From a virus, in IMG/VR virus record IMGVR_UViG_3300015615_001170, positions 505-64,504 of that record: a stretch of 64,000 bases of DNA, one strand, 5' to 3'. The position numbers were made by a program, and so were the translations under genes. A model generated the notes under the pieces. It was not told where the DNA came from. It saw nothing but the letters and a program-made list of their open reading frames with translations, and did not search any database. Numbering within the stretch: the stretch's first letter is position 1; each line of letters starts with the position of its first letter. Of this stretch, positions 52,930-62,151 are shown one piece after another.

Positions 52930-53181
52930 ATGAAGACGTTGCTGATCGCCGCTACCACGGTCGTGGGAGCGGGCATGCTTATGGGCTTTAACGTAGCGGG
53001 TGGGCTGCTCATCTTGGGCGGCGGCATCACAGCGCTTTATGCGGCTGCGTTCCCGAATACCTCCATAGAGCGCGTGTTTGCCATCACCATCGTGGCCGCA
53101 GCCTTGGTCACGCTGGCGTTCCTTGGGTCGCCGGGACCACCCACGGCGTGTCCTGAGGATGAGACTTGCCGCGCGCCTTAG
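52930..53181 (+). CDS. Small multi-TM membrane protein, antisense to the cro-replication operon
   Basis: 83 aa, about three hydrophobic segments, GC3-rich codons on + strand. Confidence 0.5.
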   Translation: MKTLLIAATTVVGAGMLMGFNVAGGLLILGGGITALYAAAFPNTSIERVFAITIVAAALVTLAFLGSPGPPTACPEDETCRAP

Positions 53182-53383
53182 GCGGGGCCCACTTGTCGGG
53201 CCGAAGTTCGTGCAGCGGCACCCGGCCGCCAGTTCGCGCGGACAACCACCGGGCGTATTCCTCCGATGGTCGCGCCTTCTTCCTCGCGATCCGATAGATG
53301 TAGACGCGTTTGCTCGCGTTACCTTCCCAAAGGGCCGTGCGCTCGGCCGTCGTGCATCGCGCAAGGAATTCGGACATGGTCAT
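53108..53383 (-). CDS. cro: Cro/YdaS-like HTH regulator
   Basis: YIYRIA..PS..A..L..TGG.V..LRPD.W; divergent from the repressor. Confidence 0.75.
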   Translation of the reverse strand: MTMSEFLARCTTAERTALWEGNASKRVYIYRIARKKARPSEEYARWLSARTGGRVPLHELRPDKWAPPKARGKSHPQDTPWVVPATQGTPA

Positions 53384-53393
53384 AGCGAAGGGA

Positions 53394-53422
53394 AGTCTAC
53401 CTCGGGGTTTGACTAAAATCAA
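53394..53422 (-). promoter_or_regulatory. PR-like promoter with overlapping operator GTCTAC-N7-TTTGAC (53395-53413)
   Basis: TTGATT-N17-TAGACT upstream of cro. Confidence 0.7.
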
Positions 53423-53471
53423 CCGCCGGGCATGTTTACTGCGGGAGCGCCACGGTTTTACTGTTGGCCCT

Positions 53472-53816
53472 ATGAAAACCGCATACGACATTCGACGCAC
53501 GAACCTACGTGCGCTCGTTCAAGAACTGGGGTCCGCCAAGGTCATCGATCGCCTCGGAATTTCGAAACAACAACTGTCTGCTTACGCCGGTAAGAACCCG
53601 TCAAAGAACGTGGGGGATGCTTTTGCACGCCGAATTGAGGTCTCGCTCGGCCTGCAGGAGGGTTGGCTGGATCACCACCACGACCCACACCAGGTGGCGC
53701 TAGAGGGCGTGATGGAGCTGGCTGCGCAGCTGGACGAGCAGCAATTGCAACATCTGAAGCAATTACTTCAAACCAGTATTGCTATTTCCAAGAAGCCGTC
53801 CCAGAATAAAAAGTAG
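53472..53816 (+). CDS. cI: CI-like repressor (HTH only, no S24 peptidase domain)
   Basis: IRRTNLRAL..LGIS..LS..KNVGD..ARRIE..LGL..GWLD. Confidence 0.8.
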   Translation: MKTAYDIRRTNLRALVQELGSAKVIDRLGISKQQLSAYAGKNPSKNVGDAFARRIEVSLGLQEGWLDHHHDPHQVALEGVMELAAQLDEQQLQHLKQLLQTSIAISKKPSQNKK

Positions 53817-53844
53817 TTCTATAACGACACGTGGCGGCTCGAAA

Positions 53845-54015
53845 ATGGCAGATCTAGCAATCGCGCCGCCTCAGGCGCAACAAGAAAAAGTGATCGGTTC
53901 CTTGTCGCTAGTGGTCTACGCCGACGGCCGCGCAGAGATCAAGCGCGATGGCGTATTCAGTAACCCGACCCTCATCTCTGACATTCTTTCGCGTTTGGGA
54001 CACCCGCCCGGGTAG
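53845..54015 (+). CDS. Small hypothetical protein co-oriented with the repressor
   Basis: MADLAIAPPQ..; lower GC. Confidence 0.4.
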   Translation: MADLAIAPPQAQQEKVIGSLSLVVYADGRAEIKRDGVFSNPTLISDILSRLGHPPG

Positions 54016-54040
54016 TCTTTTTCAGTAGGTTCACATATAA

Positions 54041-54083
54041 GTCAACCCTAGGGGTTGACACCGGTCAACCACAGAGGGATACT
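54041..54083 (+). promoter_or_regulatory. PL-like promoter with operator GTCAAC-N7-GTTGAC (54041-54059)
   Basis: TTGACA(54055-54060)-N17-GATACT(54078-54083); second half-site gtcaac at 54064. Confidence 0.8.
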
Positions 54084-54125
54084 CCGATGTGCGTCATCTG
54101 ACGCCACACACATCGGAGGTCCAAC

Positions 54126-54473
54126 GTGGCACTCATGCCCTGCTCGGCGACGGAAGCCGAGCGATCACATCACCACGGCGCGTTCGAGTCGTGGGTCGAA
54201 GACCAGGCTGAGAAGGTAGTTCGCGAGCAGGCGGCGGAAGTCATCGTCGACGGCGACGCACTCCAACAGGTCATCGACGACGGTCTTCATCCCCGCATCG
54301 GCATCGCACTGGCGCGCGTTCTGCGCGACCGTCACGCCGCGCAGCGCGGATCCATTCCCGCATACGAGTCGGTCTTCAAAGGCCTGGACGAAATCGAGGA
54401 GGCGATCAAGGTCGCCTACGCCGATGACATCTGGGAGGCCACCGTGCGCGACATCGATCGGGGGCAGAAATGA
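54126..54473 (+). CDS. Early hypothetical protein
   Basis: GGAGG RBS, GTG start. Confidence 0.6.
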   Translation: MALMPCSATEAERSHHHGAFESWVEDQAEKVVREQAAEVIVDGDALQQVIDDGLHPRIGIALARVLRDRHAAQRGSIPAYESVFKGLDEIEEAIKVAYADDIWEATVRDIDRGQK

Positions 54474-54931
54474 GCCCGCTGGACATCCTGAAGTCTGCGA
54501 TCGAGGGCGTGCTCAAGGATGGCGCGTCCTACGGCACTGTGCGCTTCGCCAAGCTGGCCCAGGCCTATGCGTACTACATGGTCAGCAGCCACGAAGAGCC
54601 GGTGCTGCTCGACATGTGGAGAGTCTCGGACGGCACGATGCTTACCGGCCATGTCTTCGGTCACAAGCGCCTGTCCCAGGGCGAGTTCATCCAAACGTCC
54701 GCCATCGTCGACCCACCCGCGCAATGGGAGAAGGGCGCAACGCTGCGCACCATGAACGCGGTCTATGTGCTGGGCACCCCGCTCCGCGAGGGCCTCGGCT
54801 CGATGAGGGCGATGCAAAACGCGCTGGGGCATCTGGAGTGGCTGCACGCCAACGACTTCACCTCCGCCAAGGTCAAGGAACACATCGGCCAGTTACGGCA
54901 GTCCATCGCCAACATCAAGGTGCAAGGATGA
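54470..54931 (+). CDS. Early hypothetical protein
   Basis: L.GHVFGH..GE.I.TS.I..T.N.VY.LG motif; ATGA-coupled. Confidence 0.65.
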   Translation: MSPLDILKSAIEGVLKDGASYGTVRFAKLAQAYAYYMVSSHEEPVLLDMWRVSDGTMLTGHVFGHKRLSQGEFIQTSAIVDPPAQWEKGATLRTMNAVYVLGTPLREGLGSMRAMQNALGHLEWLHANDFTSAKVKEHIGQLRQSIANIKVQG

Positions 54932-55031
54932 TCGCCGGACTCTGCCTGGGCGTTCTCATCTGGGTCGGCTTAGTGGTGATCTGCCTGCCGGCCCTCGTCT
55001 CCCGCGTCAACAAACTAGAAGAGGAACCGCA

Positions 55032-55217
55032 ATGAGAATCCCGGCAGGAATGCTGTGGTCGGTGCTCGCCATGCAGGCGCGCGACTTCGCGCAACAGATG
55101 TTCTTCCACGCGCACAACCCGCAGGGCGGCGCATCGACCCGCACGCGCATCGCCCAGGCGCCCTACAGCAACAAGCACCTGTACGGCCGGCAGAACGGCA
55201 CGTGGCGCGGTCGCTAG
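55032..55217 (+). CDS. Small hypothetical protein
   Basis: GAGG RBS; coupled. Confidence 0.45.
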   Translation: MRIPAGMLWSVLAMQARDFAQQMFFHAHNPQGGASTRTRIAQAPYSNKHLYGRQNGTWRGR

Positions 55218-55613
55218 ATTGGCTCGATGAAGGTGAGCCGGATCGGGCGCAAGCCGCAATGATGGACCTCGTCATCGTCATCGAGGCGGTCGCTGGAGTC
55301 GTGCTGATCGCCTTGATCCTCTGGGCTACTGGAGAAATGAAATGAGCATGTACCGCGCTGCACTCATGCGCGCTCGCATCAACGGAGTTCCGGCCCCGCT
55401 GGCGCACCTGAGCGCGTTCGTCCGCTTCATCGCCGCGTCACCCGATCGCGTGGTGTTCTTCGGGTGCGTGGTTCTGTTTGCCGTCCATCTCTCCTGCGGA
55501 GGGCGCGCAGCGTAACGAGTATCACCGAAGGGACCTCCCCCTGGGCGCGTGCGGGCGCGAAGCACAGGTTCTAGGCAGACCGCATATCTGTCGAATCTTT
55601 TTGTGAGGAAACC

Positions 55614-56525
55614 ATGAGCAGTGACGTCGTAGTCTACGAATCGCATTCCCTGATGCAGCCGTCCCAGGTGGTCGGCCACGTCGCCCGCGTGCAGGAAGTC
55701 ATGAGCGCGGTGATGAAGCCTAGCGTCCACTACGGGACGATCCCCGGCACCGACAAGCCCACGCTGTTCAAGCCGGGCGCCGAGGTGCTGTGCATGACCT
55801 TCCGCATCGCACCGAAGTTCCGCATCGAAGATCTGTCCACGCCAGATAGCGTGCGCTACCGCGTCACGTGCTACGGGGTGCATCAGCCGACCAGCATCGA
55901 ACTGGGCGAGGGACTGGGCGAGTGCTCGTCCATGGAAGACAAATACAAGTGGCGCAAGGCGGCGTCAAACGCCGAGTTCGACGCGTTGCCTGCGGATCGC
56001 CGTCGCATCAAGTACGGCTACAACCGCAACCAGAACAGGGAGTACGAGATCAAACAGGTCCGCTCCGAGCCAGCCGACATCGCCAACACCATCCTGAAGA
56101 TGGCGGCGAAGCGCGCTCATGTGGCGATGGCGCTCAACGTCACGGCCGCGAGCGACATGTTCAACCAAGATCTGGAGGATCTCCCACCGGAACTTCGCGA
56201 AGAGTTCACCGACTCCGAGCGCGGCGGCGCGCCAGTGAAGACGAACGTCGAGGGGCCGAAGTCAAAGACCGAGACGGAGAAGAAGACGCCGCCGGCGGAC
56301 ACCGCGCGCACTACGTCGAACGGAGATCAGGAAGACCGGCCCGCGACCGACGGCGAGAAGGCCAACGTGCGGATCAAACTCAAGGGGCTGGAGATCGACG
56401 AGGCGAAGTTCACCGAGGTCACTGGCCTGACCATCGACGCGCTCACGCTCAACGGGTTCAAGGAAGCCAAGGTCTACATCGGCAACCCGCACTCCTACAA
56501 AAAGCCGGAGACGGCCAGTGCTTGA
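55614..56525 (+). CDS. Putative single-strand annealing/recombination protein
   Basis: HYGTIPG..KPTL.KPGAE.L..NTILKMA.KRA..FNQDLED; adjacent to an exonuclease. Confidence 0.6.
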   Translation: MSSDVVVYESHSLMQPSQVVGHVARVQEVMSAVMKPSVHYGTIPGTDKPTLFKPGAEVLCMTFRIAPKFRIEDLSTPDSVRYRVTCYGVHQPTSIELGEGLGECSSMEDKYKWRKAASNAEFDALPADRRRIKYGYNRNQNREYEIKQVRSEPADIANTILKMAAKRAHVAMALNVTAASDMFNQDLEDLPPELREEFTDSERGGAPVKTNVEGPKSKTETEKKTPPADTARTTSNGDQEDRPATDGEKANVRIKLKGLEIDEAKFTEVTGLTIDALTLNGFKEAKVYIGNPHSYKKPETASA

Positions 56526-57108
56526 GTTCGACGAAGGGCCTCACGTCTACCGCTGGAACGGGAAGATCGTGCCCAGCGTGACCCAGGTGCTCAAGCCGCT
56601 GACCGACTACAGCATGGTCGACGCGGACAAGCTCGAGCGCGCGCGGCAGGAAGGCGTGGCGATCCACAAGACCGTCGAACTGTACGAGACGGGGGATCTC
56701 GATGCGGCCAGCCTGCCGGAGTGGCTGGAGCCCTACCTCGCGGCCTGGATGAAGTTCAAGGCTGAGATGAAGTTCAGCGTCGCCAAGAGCGAGCAGCGCG
56801 TGTATCACCGGGTGTACGGCTACGCGGGCACCTACGATCTCAGCGGGGACATGAACGGGCACGACGCACTGGTAGATCTCAAGCGCTCGTTCATGGCCGG
56901 GCCGGCAATTGGTCTTCAGTTGGCTGCGTACTTGGCCGCCGCCTCGTTCAAAGCAGAGGCCCTGAGTTCTTCGCTCCGCTACGCCCTGCAGCTGCGTGCC
57001 GATGGCACGTATCGCCTGCAAGAGTTCACCGACAAGACAGACTTTCAAACCTTTCTCGCCGCGCTCACGCTGTGGAAGTGGCGAGCCAAACATGGAGCAG
57101 CACAATGA
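56518..57108 (+). CDS. PD-(D/E)XK (RecB/Cas4-like) exonuclease
   Basis: H.Y..PSVTQVL, G.AIH, YAGT.DL, LVDLK, QLAAY. Confidence 0.8.
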   Translation: MLEFDEGPHVYRWNGKIVPSVTQVLKPLTDYSMVDADKLERARQEGVAIHKTVELYETGDLDAASLPEWLEPYLAAWMKFKAEMKFSVAKSEQRVYHRVYGYAGTYDLSGDMNGHDALVDLKRSFMAGPAIGLQLAAYLAAASFKAEALSSSLRYALQLRADGTYRLQEFTDKTDFQTFLAALTLWKWRAKHGAAQ

Positions 57109-57941
57109 ACGCAATCGTCGAAGCACCGGTATTCAACGCCCAGATCGCCATCACGGAAGAGTCGCTGCGCCTCGCGCGCCAGTGCGAGTCCACGGTGGAA
57201 CTGGCGAAGTCGTTCGTCATCGACTCCCAGGAGATGGCCGAGGAGGCGATGGCCGAGATCCGCCTGATCCGCCAGCGCACGGAGCGCTTGGGGGCGATGC
57301 GCGACGGGTTCATCGCGCCAGCCGAGCAGATCATGGAGCACGCCAAGGCGCTCTTCACGCCGGGCATCAACGCCCTCAAGGAAGGGGAGCGGCTGCTAAA
57401 GGGACAGTTGGCCACCTGGGAAGAGGTCAAACGCAAGCGCATCGCCGAGCAGAAGCGCATCGCGGCGGAAGCCGAAGCTGCGCTGCGCCGCGCCGCCGAG
57501 GAGGAAGCTGCCGCCACGCGCGCCCAGGCCGCTGCCGAGGCAGCAGAGAAGCGCCGGCAAGCGGAGGAAGCGCGCCAGCGCGCAGCGCAGGACACCGCCG
57601 CTGCGGCCGAAGCAGCGCGCCTCGAGGCAGAGGCGAACTCCGTCGAAGAGCAGGCGGAGGAGCAGGCGCAGAACATCGCGCTGGAAGCTGCAGCTGCAGC
57701 ACCGGTAGCCGTGATCGAGGAGACGCGGACCAAGGGCTTCCACACCCGCGACAAGTGGGAGGGCAAAGTCGAGAACCTCTCGCTCGCAATCCTGGCTATC
57801 GCCATGGAAGAGCAGTACCACAACCTGCTCAAGATCGACCAGTCCGCGCTGAACAAGCTCGCCGCGGCGACCAACGGCGCCGTGAAGATCGACGGCATCA
57901 AGTTCGTCTGCGAGAAGATCTCTGTGGCGAGGGCGGCATGA
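57105..57941 (+). CDS. Coiled-coil protein of the recombination module (Gam-like position)
   Basis: Ala/Glu/Arg coiled coil; C-terminal IDQSALNKLA..IDGI. Confidence 0.6.
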   Translation: MNAIVEAPVFNAQIAITEESLRLARQCESTVELAKSFVIDSQEMAEEAMAEIRLIRQRTERLGAMRDGFIAPAEQIMEHAKALFTPGINALKEGERLLKGQLATWEEVKRKRIAEQKRIAAEAEAALRRAAEEEAAATRAQAAAEAAEKRRQAEEARQRAAQDTAAAAEAARLEAEANSVEEQAEEQAQNIALEAAAAAPVAVIEETRTKGFHTRDKWEGKVENLSLAILAIAMEEQYHNLLKIDQSALNKLAAATNGAVKIDGIKFVCEKISVARAA

Positions 57942-58339
57942 TGGACGCCGACAAGAAGCGCGCCATGTTCTCCGAGATCTTCGGAGAAGATTTGGTCGAC
58001 AGGATCTTCGGGGTGCGGCAAGAGACACAAGAACTTCGGCTGGCGCCGAACAAGCTGTTCGTCCGCATGTACTTCATGGCGCACGCGCCGGCCGAGCCGC
58101 AGCGGTGGTTCGCGCCAGTGATGCCGGCCGAAAAGCCAGCAAAGGTTTGGCGATCCGAGGCGCTTTCCGACGACACTGGACACCGCGTTCGCGAGGAAAG
58201 AGTGGGGGAACAGCCGCAAGGCGGGCATTGGTGGCTGGTCAACGCGAAGGAACTGAACGAGTGGGATGCGGAGGCGGAGAAGCAACGCTACCTCCAGTGG
58301 CCCGCAGCCTGGGCCGACGAGCAGCTGAAGCGTGTCTAG
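57938..58339 (+). CDS. Hypothetical protein
   Basis: R.YFMAHAPAEPQ.WF.P..QWP.AWAD motif. Confidence 0.6.
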   Translation: MMDADKKRAMFSEIFGEDLVDRIFGVRQETQELRLAPNKLFVRMYFMAHAPAEPQRWFAPVMPAEKPAKVWRSEALSDDTGHRVREERVGEQPQGGHWWLVNAKELNEWDAEAEKQRYLQWPAAWADEQLKRV

Positions 58340-58676
58340 CGCCCTTGAGATCGCCCGGCGCCGGACTGCCGAGGCCGAAGCCAGGAAGGAAGTGGAGAAG
58401 GCCGAGGCCGCAGTCAGGCAGGAAGCGGCGAGGGCCAAGGCGCTCGCGCGCCGGGCGATCATCGAGGAGCACTACCCCGACATCATCGCAGTGGTCGAGG
58501 ATCTGCGGGCCGCGTTCCCAGGAGCCCGCATGGTGAAGATCACGTCTCCCGAGATCACCTGGGAGGCAGAAGGAATCGAGCAGTACACCGACGAAGACTG
58601 CGTTCATCCGCTGCTCTCGCCGGACTACAGAAGCACCAAGGACGACGTAGCACCCAAACGCAAGGAGATCTGGTGA
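58332..58676 (+). CDS. Hypothetical protein
   Basis: Coupled ORF. Confidence 0.5.
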   Translation: MSSALEIARRRTAEAEARKEVEKAEAAVRQEAARAKALARRAIIEEHYPDIIAVVEDLRAAFPGARMVKITSPEITWEAEGIEQYTDEDCVHPLLSPDYRSTKDDVAPKRKEIW

Positions 58677-59023
58677 ATATCATCCAAGTTCTACAACAGC
58701 TTCGCAGGGGAAAGACTCTCAGCGAAATCGACGACGCGCTCGCTGAAGCAACGCGCGCAGTGCGCGAGCACGGCGGCAGCGCGGAAGTGACCGTGAAGTT
58801 CAAGGTCAAGCGGTTCAACAAAAGCATCGGCAAGGAGGTGATCGTGTCGGACGTGATCTCCTCGAAGTTGCCGAAGCCCGACCGCGCCGACACGCTGTTC
58901 TTCAGCACCGAAACCGGCGGGCTCTCCCGCAACGATCCCGACCAGCGCCAACTCCCCGGCGTAGCCGAGGTCGACAAGAACACTGGGGAAATCATCGAAC
59001 GTGGAGTAGTGTCCAATGGCTGA
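58673..59023 (+). CDS. Conserved partner of DUF2303 (YfdP-like)
   Basis: LRRG..V.E.G..VT..KLP..FF..G.LSRNDP.Q..L. Confidence 0.65.
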   Translation: MNIIQVLQQLRRGKTLSEIDDALAEATRAVREHGGSAEVTVKFKVKRFNKSIGKEVIVSDVISSKLPKPDRADTLFFSTETGGLSRNDPDQRQLPGVAEVDKNTGEIIERGVVSNG

Positions 59024-59834
59024 ACTCACAGAAATCGAAGCGCACGCGAAGATCGAGGACGCCTCGTTCCCGCTGCACACGGCCGATGACAAAGACTTTG
59101 CCATCGTGCCGGATGGCTACGCGCTGCACGACCTCGAGAAGTACCGCGGCGCCCCTCGTCGCGTGCGTGCCAAGCCGACGTTGCTGACGGAGGAGTCCTT
59201 CGTCGACTACGTCAGGCAGTTCTCTGGAGGTGGGTCGCGGATCTACGCGAACATCAACGGCAAGCCGGCGCAGTTCGTGGCGGTGCTCGACGACAACGCT
59301 GGAGCGTGCGCCCCCGCTTTCCGCGAGCACGTCGCGACCTATAGGGTCGAGCACTCGCGGCAGTGGGACATCTGGTGCGCGTATGACGGCAAGCAGATGC
59401 CGCAGGAAAAGTTCGCCGAGTTCATGGAAGACAACAACTCGGACGTCTTCGATGACAATGGGAATCTTCCCTCCCAGGCAATGATGCGGGACGTGTCTCG
59501 CGACCTGCAAGCGAAGACCCACGTCACGTTCGACTCTAGGGTAAAGCTCGATGATGGTTCGCACGTCTTCGCCTACGCTGAGACGATCAGCGGCACCGTG
59601 AAGAATGGGCAGCTGCAGGTGCCGGAGCGGTTTGCTATCGCCATCCCGATATTCAAGGGCGGGTCCCTGTACGTGCTTCATGCGCGCCTGCGTTATCGGG
59701 TGACCAAGGACGGGCTCACGATGGGGTACGCGCTCATCGAAGCGGACAATTTGTCAGACAAGATCCTGGCCGAGATGATGGCGCGGATCGCCTCCTCCAC
59801 GCAGGTGATGACGGTAGCCGGCGCGGTCGGCTAG
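59016..59834 (+). CDS. DUF2303 (YfdQ-like) protein
   Basis: P.R..SF.DYV..AVLD..W..W..Q..FAEF.EDN..PERF.I.IPIF.GG..ARLRYR. Confidence 0.85.
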   Translation: MAELTEIEAHAKIEDASFPLHTADDKDFAIVPDGYALHDLEKYRGAPRRVRAKPTLLTEESFVDYVRQFSGGGSRIYANINGKPAQFVAVLDDNAGACAPAFREHVATYRVEHSRQWDIWCAYDGKQMPQEKFAEFMEDNNSDVFDDNGNLPSQAMMRDVSRDLQAKTHVTFDSRVKLDDGSHVFAYAETISGTVKNGQLQVPERFAIAIPIFKGGSLYVLHARLRYRVTKDGLTMGYALIEADNLSDKILAEMMARIASSTQVMTVAGAVG

Positions 59835-59845
59835 CAACGAGCAAT

Positions 59846-59949
59846 GGGCTGACCCCGGTGGGACAGGACCCAGTGTCCCAATAAACCGCCGGGTAGACCC
59901 CATAACCCCCAGCCGGCTATGGGGACGTGTGTGTGATCGGGGTCGGCCC
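59846..59949 (+). ncRNA. Candidate structured leader RNA upstream of ssb
   Basis: 14-bp closing stem enclosing two hairpins and a possible ACCC/GGGT pseudoknot. Confidence 0.5.
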
Positions 59950-59973
59950 GCCCCAACTTCAAAGGAAAGCGAC

Positions 59974-60441
59974 ATGTCATCAGTGAACAAGGCGATCTTG
60001 ATCGGCAACCTCGGCAAGGATCCCGAGATCCGCTACCTGCCCAGCGGCGAGGCCGTGGCGAACTTCAGCATCGCCACCAGCGAGAAGTGGAAGGACAAGG
60101 CCGGAGAGGTGCAGGAGCAGACCGAGTGGCACCGCATCACATTCTTCGGGCGCCACGCCGAGGTGTGCGGCGAGTACCTGCGCAAGGGCGCGAAGATCTA
60201 CGTCGAGGGGAAGATCCAGACACGCAAGTGGAAGGACCGCGACGGCAACGATCGCTTCACCACCGAGATTCGCGGGGACCGCCTGCAGATGCTCGGCGGC
60301 AAGCGGGACAGCGACGAGGGCGATGCCGCAAGCGGAGGAGTGCGCCCAGAGCGCGACCAGGCGCCCGAGGGCGAGCGCCAGCCCGGGCCGGCGAAGAGCA
60401 GCAACAACTTCGACGATCTGGCCGACGACGTGCCGTTCTAG
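59974..60441 (+). CDS. ssb: Single-stranded DNA-binding protein
   Basis: [39 protein letters not shown]. Confidence 0.95.
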   Translation: MSSVNKAILIGNLGKDPEIRYLPSGEAVANFSIATSEKWKDKAGEVQEQTEWHRITFFGRHAEVCGEYLRKGAKIYVEGKIQTRKWKDRDGNDRFTTEIRGDRLQMLGGKRDSDEGDAASGGVRPERDQAPEGERQPGPAKSSNNFDDLADDVPF

Positions 60442-60442
60442 C

Positions 60443-61003
60443 ATGAAGCCGACACTCGACCCCCCGGCGCAGCCGTACCTTCTGGAGTGCCTCGCATATG
60501 AAGGACCCACAGGCAATTTGCTCTGGAAGGAGAGGCCTAGAGATCACTTTGCGTCGGATCGCGCGGCGAACATCGTGAACGGCAAGCTGGCCGGCAAGGT
60601 GGCCGGGTGCGAATCTCCAACGAGATATGGAGCGCGGTACTTGGTTGTTCGCATCGACAAGAGGCTATACAAGGCGCACAGGTTGGTGTGGGCAATGCAC
60701 AAGGGCAGCATACCGTCAGGCATGGAGATCGACCACATCGACGGCGATTCAACGAACAATCGAATAGAGAACCTGAGGCTAGTTTCGCGGGCAGAGAACC
60801 AGCGCAATTTGGCGAGGCGCGCCAATAAAGTCTTGCCGACCGGAATTCGTATTGAAGCGAACGCGTACAGGGTGACCGGAATCGACGCGATCGGTCGCAG
60901 AAAACATCTGGGTAGGTTCAGGCGACTCGAAGACGCCATCGCCGCTCGCGTCGAGTTCAATGCGCAGAACGGCTACCACTCTAACCATGGAAGAGAGCGA
61001 TGA
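60443..61003 (+). CDS. HNH homing endonuclease (HNH + AP2-like tail)
   Basis: YKAHRLVW..IDHIDGD..NNRIENLR..EN..N..HLGRF..AIAAR..YHSNHG. Confidence 0.88.
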   Translation: MKPTLDPPAQPYLLECLAYEGPTGNLLWKERPRDHFASDRAANIVNGKLAGKVAGCESPTRYGARYLVVRIDKRLYKAHRLVWAMHKGSIPSGMEIDHIDGDSTNNRIENLRLVSRAENQRNLARRANKVLPTGIRIEANAYRVTGIDAIGRRKHLGRFRRLEDAIAARVEFNAQNGYHSNHGRER

Positions 61004-61305
61004 GCTATCGAGAGCAAGAGATTATCGAATGGGGGTGCGCGAGAGGCCTGATCGGCCCCACTGGCGAGGCCACGCGCAGCGGGCAGTGGCGCAAGACCGT
61101 CGAGGAAGTGATGGAGTTGCACGAAGCCATCGACGAGAAAGACCCGGAGAAGGCGAAGGACGCCATCGGCGACGTCTACGTCACGCTGGTGATGCAGGCG
61201 CAGATGTGGGGCCTGACGATGGACGAGTGCATCGAGGCGGCGTGGCAAGAGATCAAGGATAGGAAAGGGCGCCTTGTGAATGGCGTCTTCGTGAAGGAGG
61301 CGTAA
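61000..61305 (+). CDS. MazG-like nucleotide pyrophosphohydrolase
   Basis: EEV.EL..DAIGD.YVTL..C..A..EIKDRKG..NGVFVKE. Confidence 0.85.
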   Translation: MSYREQEIIEWGCARGLIGPTGEATRSGQWRKTVEEVMELHEAIDEKDPEKAKDAIGDVYVTLVMQAQMWGLTMDECIEAAWQEIKDRKGRLVNGVFVKEA

Positions 61306-61307
61306 CC

Positions 61308-61493
61308 GTGGGGGACATGGGCGACGACTTCCGCGAGCACAGGGAGCACCAGAAGGCGCGACGCGATGAGATCGGCATCGACTGCCCCGGCTGTCGCAAG
61401 AAGGAACCGAAGCGCACACCAACGCGATTGATGCCGGGCCGCAAGTGCAAAGTGTGCGGCACGACCTACGCGCAGGCCAGGAGCAAGCCGTGA
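61308..61493 (+). CDS. Small Zn-ribbon protein
   Basis: MGDMGDDFRE; CPGC and CKVC. Confidence 0.6.
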   Translation: MGDMGDDFREHREHQKARRDEIGIDCPGCRKKEPKRTPTRLMPGRKCKVCGTTYAQARSKP

Positions 61494-61819
61494 GCAAGGA
61501 ACTGGTAGAGCGGTTGCGCAACAGCGGGATCACGCCGAGTCTGATAACTGTACGCGCAGCCGCCGACGCCATTGAGGCGCTGATGGCAGAGCGGGATTCG
61601 ACCGCCGAACTTCTGGCCTATGCAGTTAAGGAGCGTGACAAGTATTACGAAGCCTTGATTGCTCTCCGCGCCCAGGTGGAGGAGCTTCGGAAGGATGCGA
61701 GCAACTTGCGCGACTTGCTGAAAGAAGCCAATCCGTACTTGAAGAACACGGACTGGGGGATGCCGGGGATTGATCTGCCATACCGGATAGACGCCGCAAT
61801 CGCAGGGAGCAAGCCATGA
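61490..61819 (+). CDS. Early hypothetical protein
   Basis: LVERLR..AADAIEAL..LRKDA..IDAAI. Confidence 0.6.
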   Translation: MSKELVERLRNSGITPSLITVRAAADAIEALMAERDSTAELLAYAVKERDKYYEALIALRAQVEELRKDASNLRDLLKEANPYLKNTDWGMPGIDLPYRIDAAIAGSKP

Positions 61820-62151
61820 GCGATTCTTACCAAGCAATCTACGACGCCGTTCGTAGTCGCATCTCACACGGCGATGTTGGGGCGGCACTGTCCGAACATT
61901 TACGGCAGGCATGGGACATCAGCTTCGCCGTTGATGTTGTGAAACAGGAGATGTGTTTTTCCGCCGCTCAATACGCTCGTCCGAGCGCAGTCTATCGCCC
62001 CGCCATCAGCATAGACGGGAACAAGTGGTGCGCGCTCTATGGCGAGAACCTGCAAGACGGCGTTGCTGGATTTGGAGATTCGCCCGCAGATGCAATGGCG
62101 GATTTCGATAAGAACTGGAATGCAAGCCTTCCGGGAGGTAGCGCCAAATGA
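61816..62151 (+). CDS. Conserved phage hypothetical protein
   Basis: DGNKWCALYGENLQDGVAGFGDSP..A..FD. Confidence 0.7.
   Translation: MSDSYQAIYDAVRSRISHGDVGAALSEHLRQAWDISFAVDVVKQEMCFSAAQYARPSAVYRPAISIDGNKWCALYGENLQDGVAGFGDSPADAMADFDKNWNASLPGGSAK

Noticed and set aside
52918..53364. Upstream extension of the replication initiator ORF (442 aa)
   Set aside because: The family-typical start is at VSTPWMSFY (52917); the extension overlaps cro and is the shadow of the + strand membrane ORF
56518..57108. Cas4-like nuclease as evidence of CRISPR
   Set aside because: No repeat-spacer array or other cas genes seen; context is a phage recombination module
59860..59935. Assigning the ssb leader to pistol, twister or hammerhead ribozymes
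   Set aside because: Topology is loosely pistol-like but the conserved catalytic nucleotides could not be matched by eye; left unassigned
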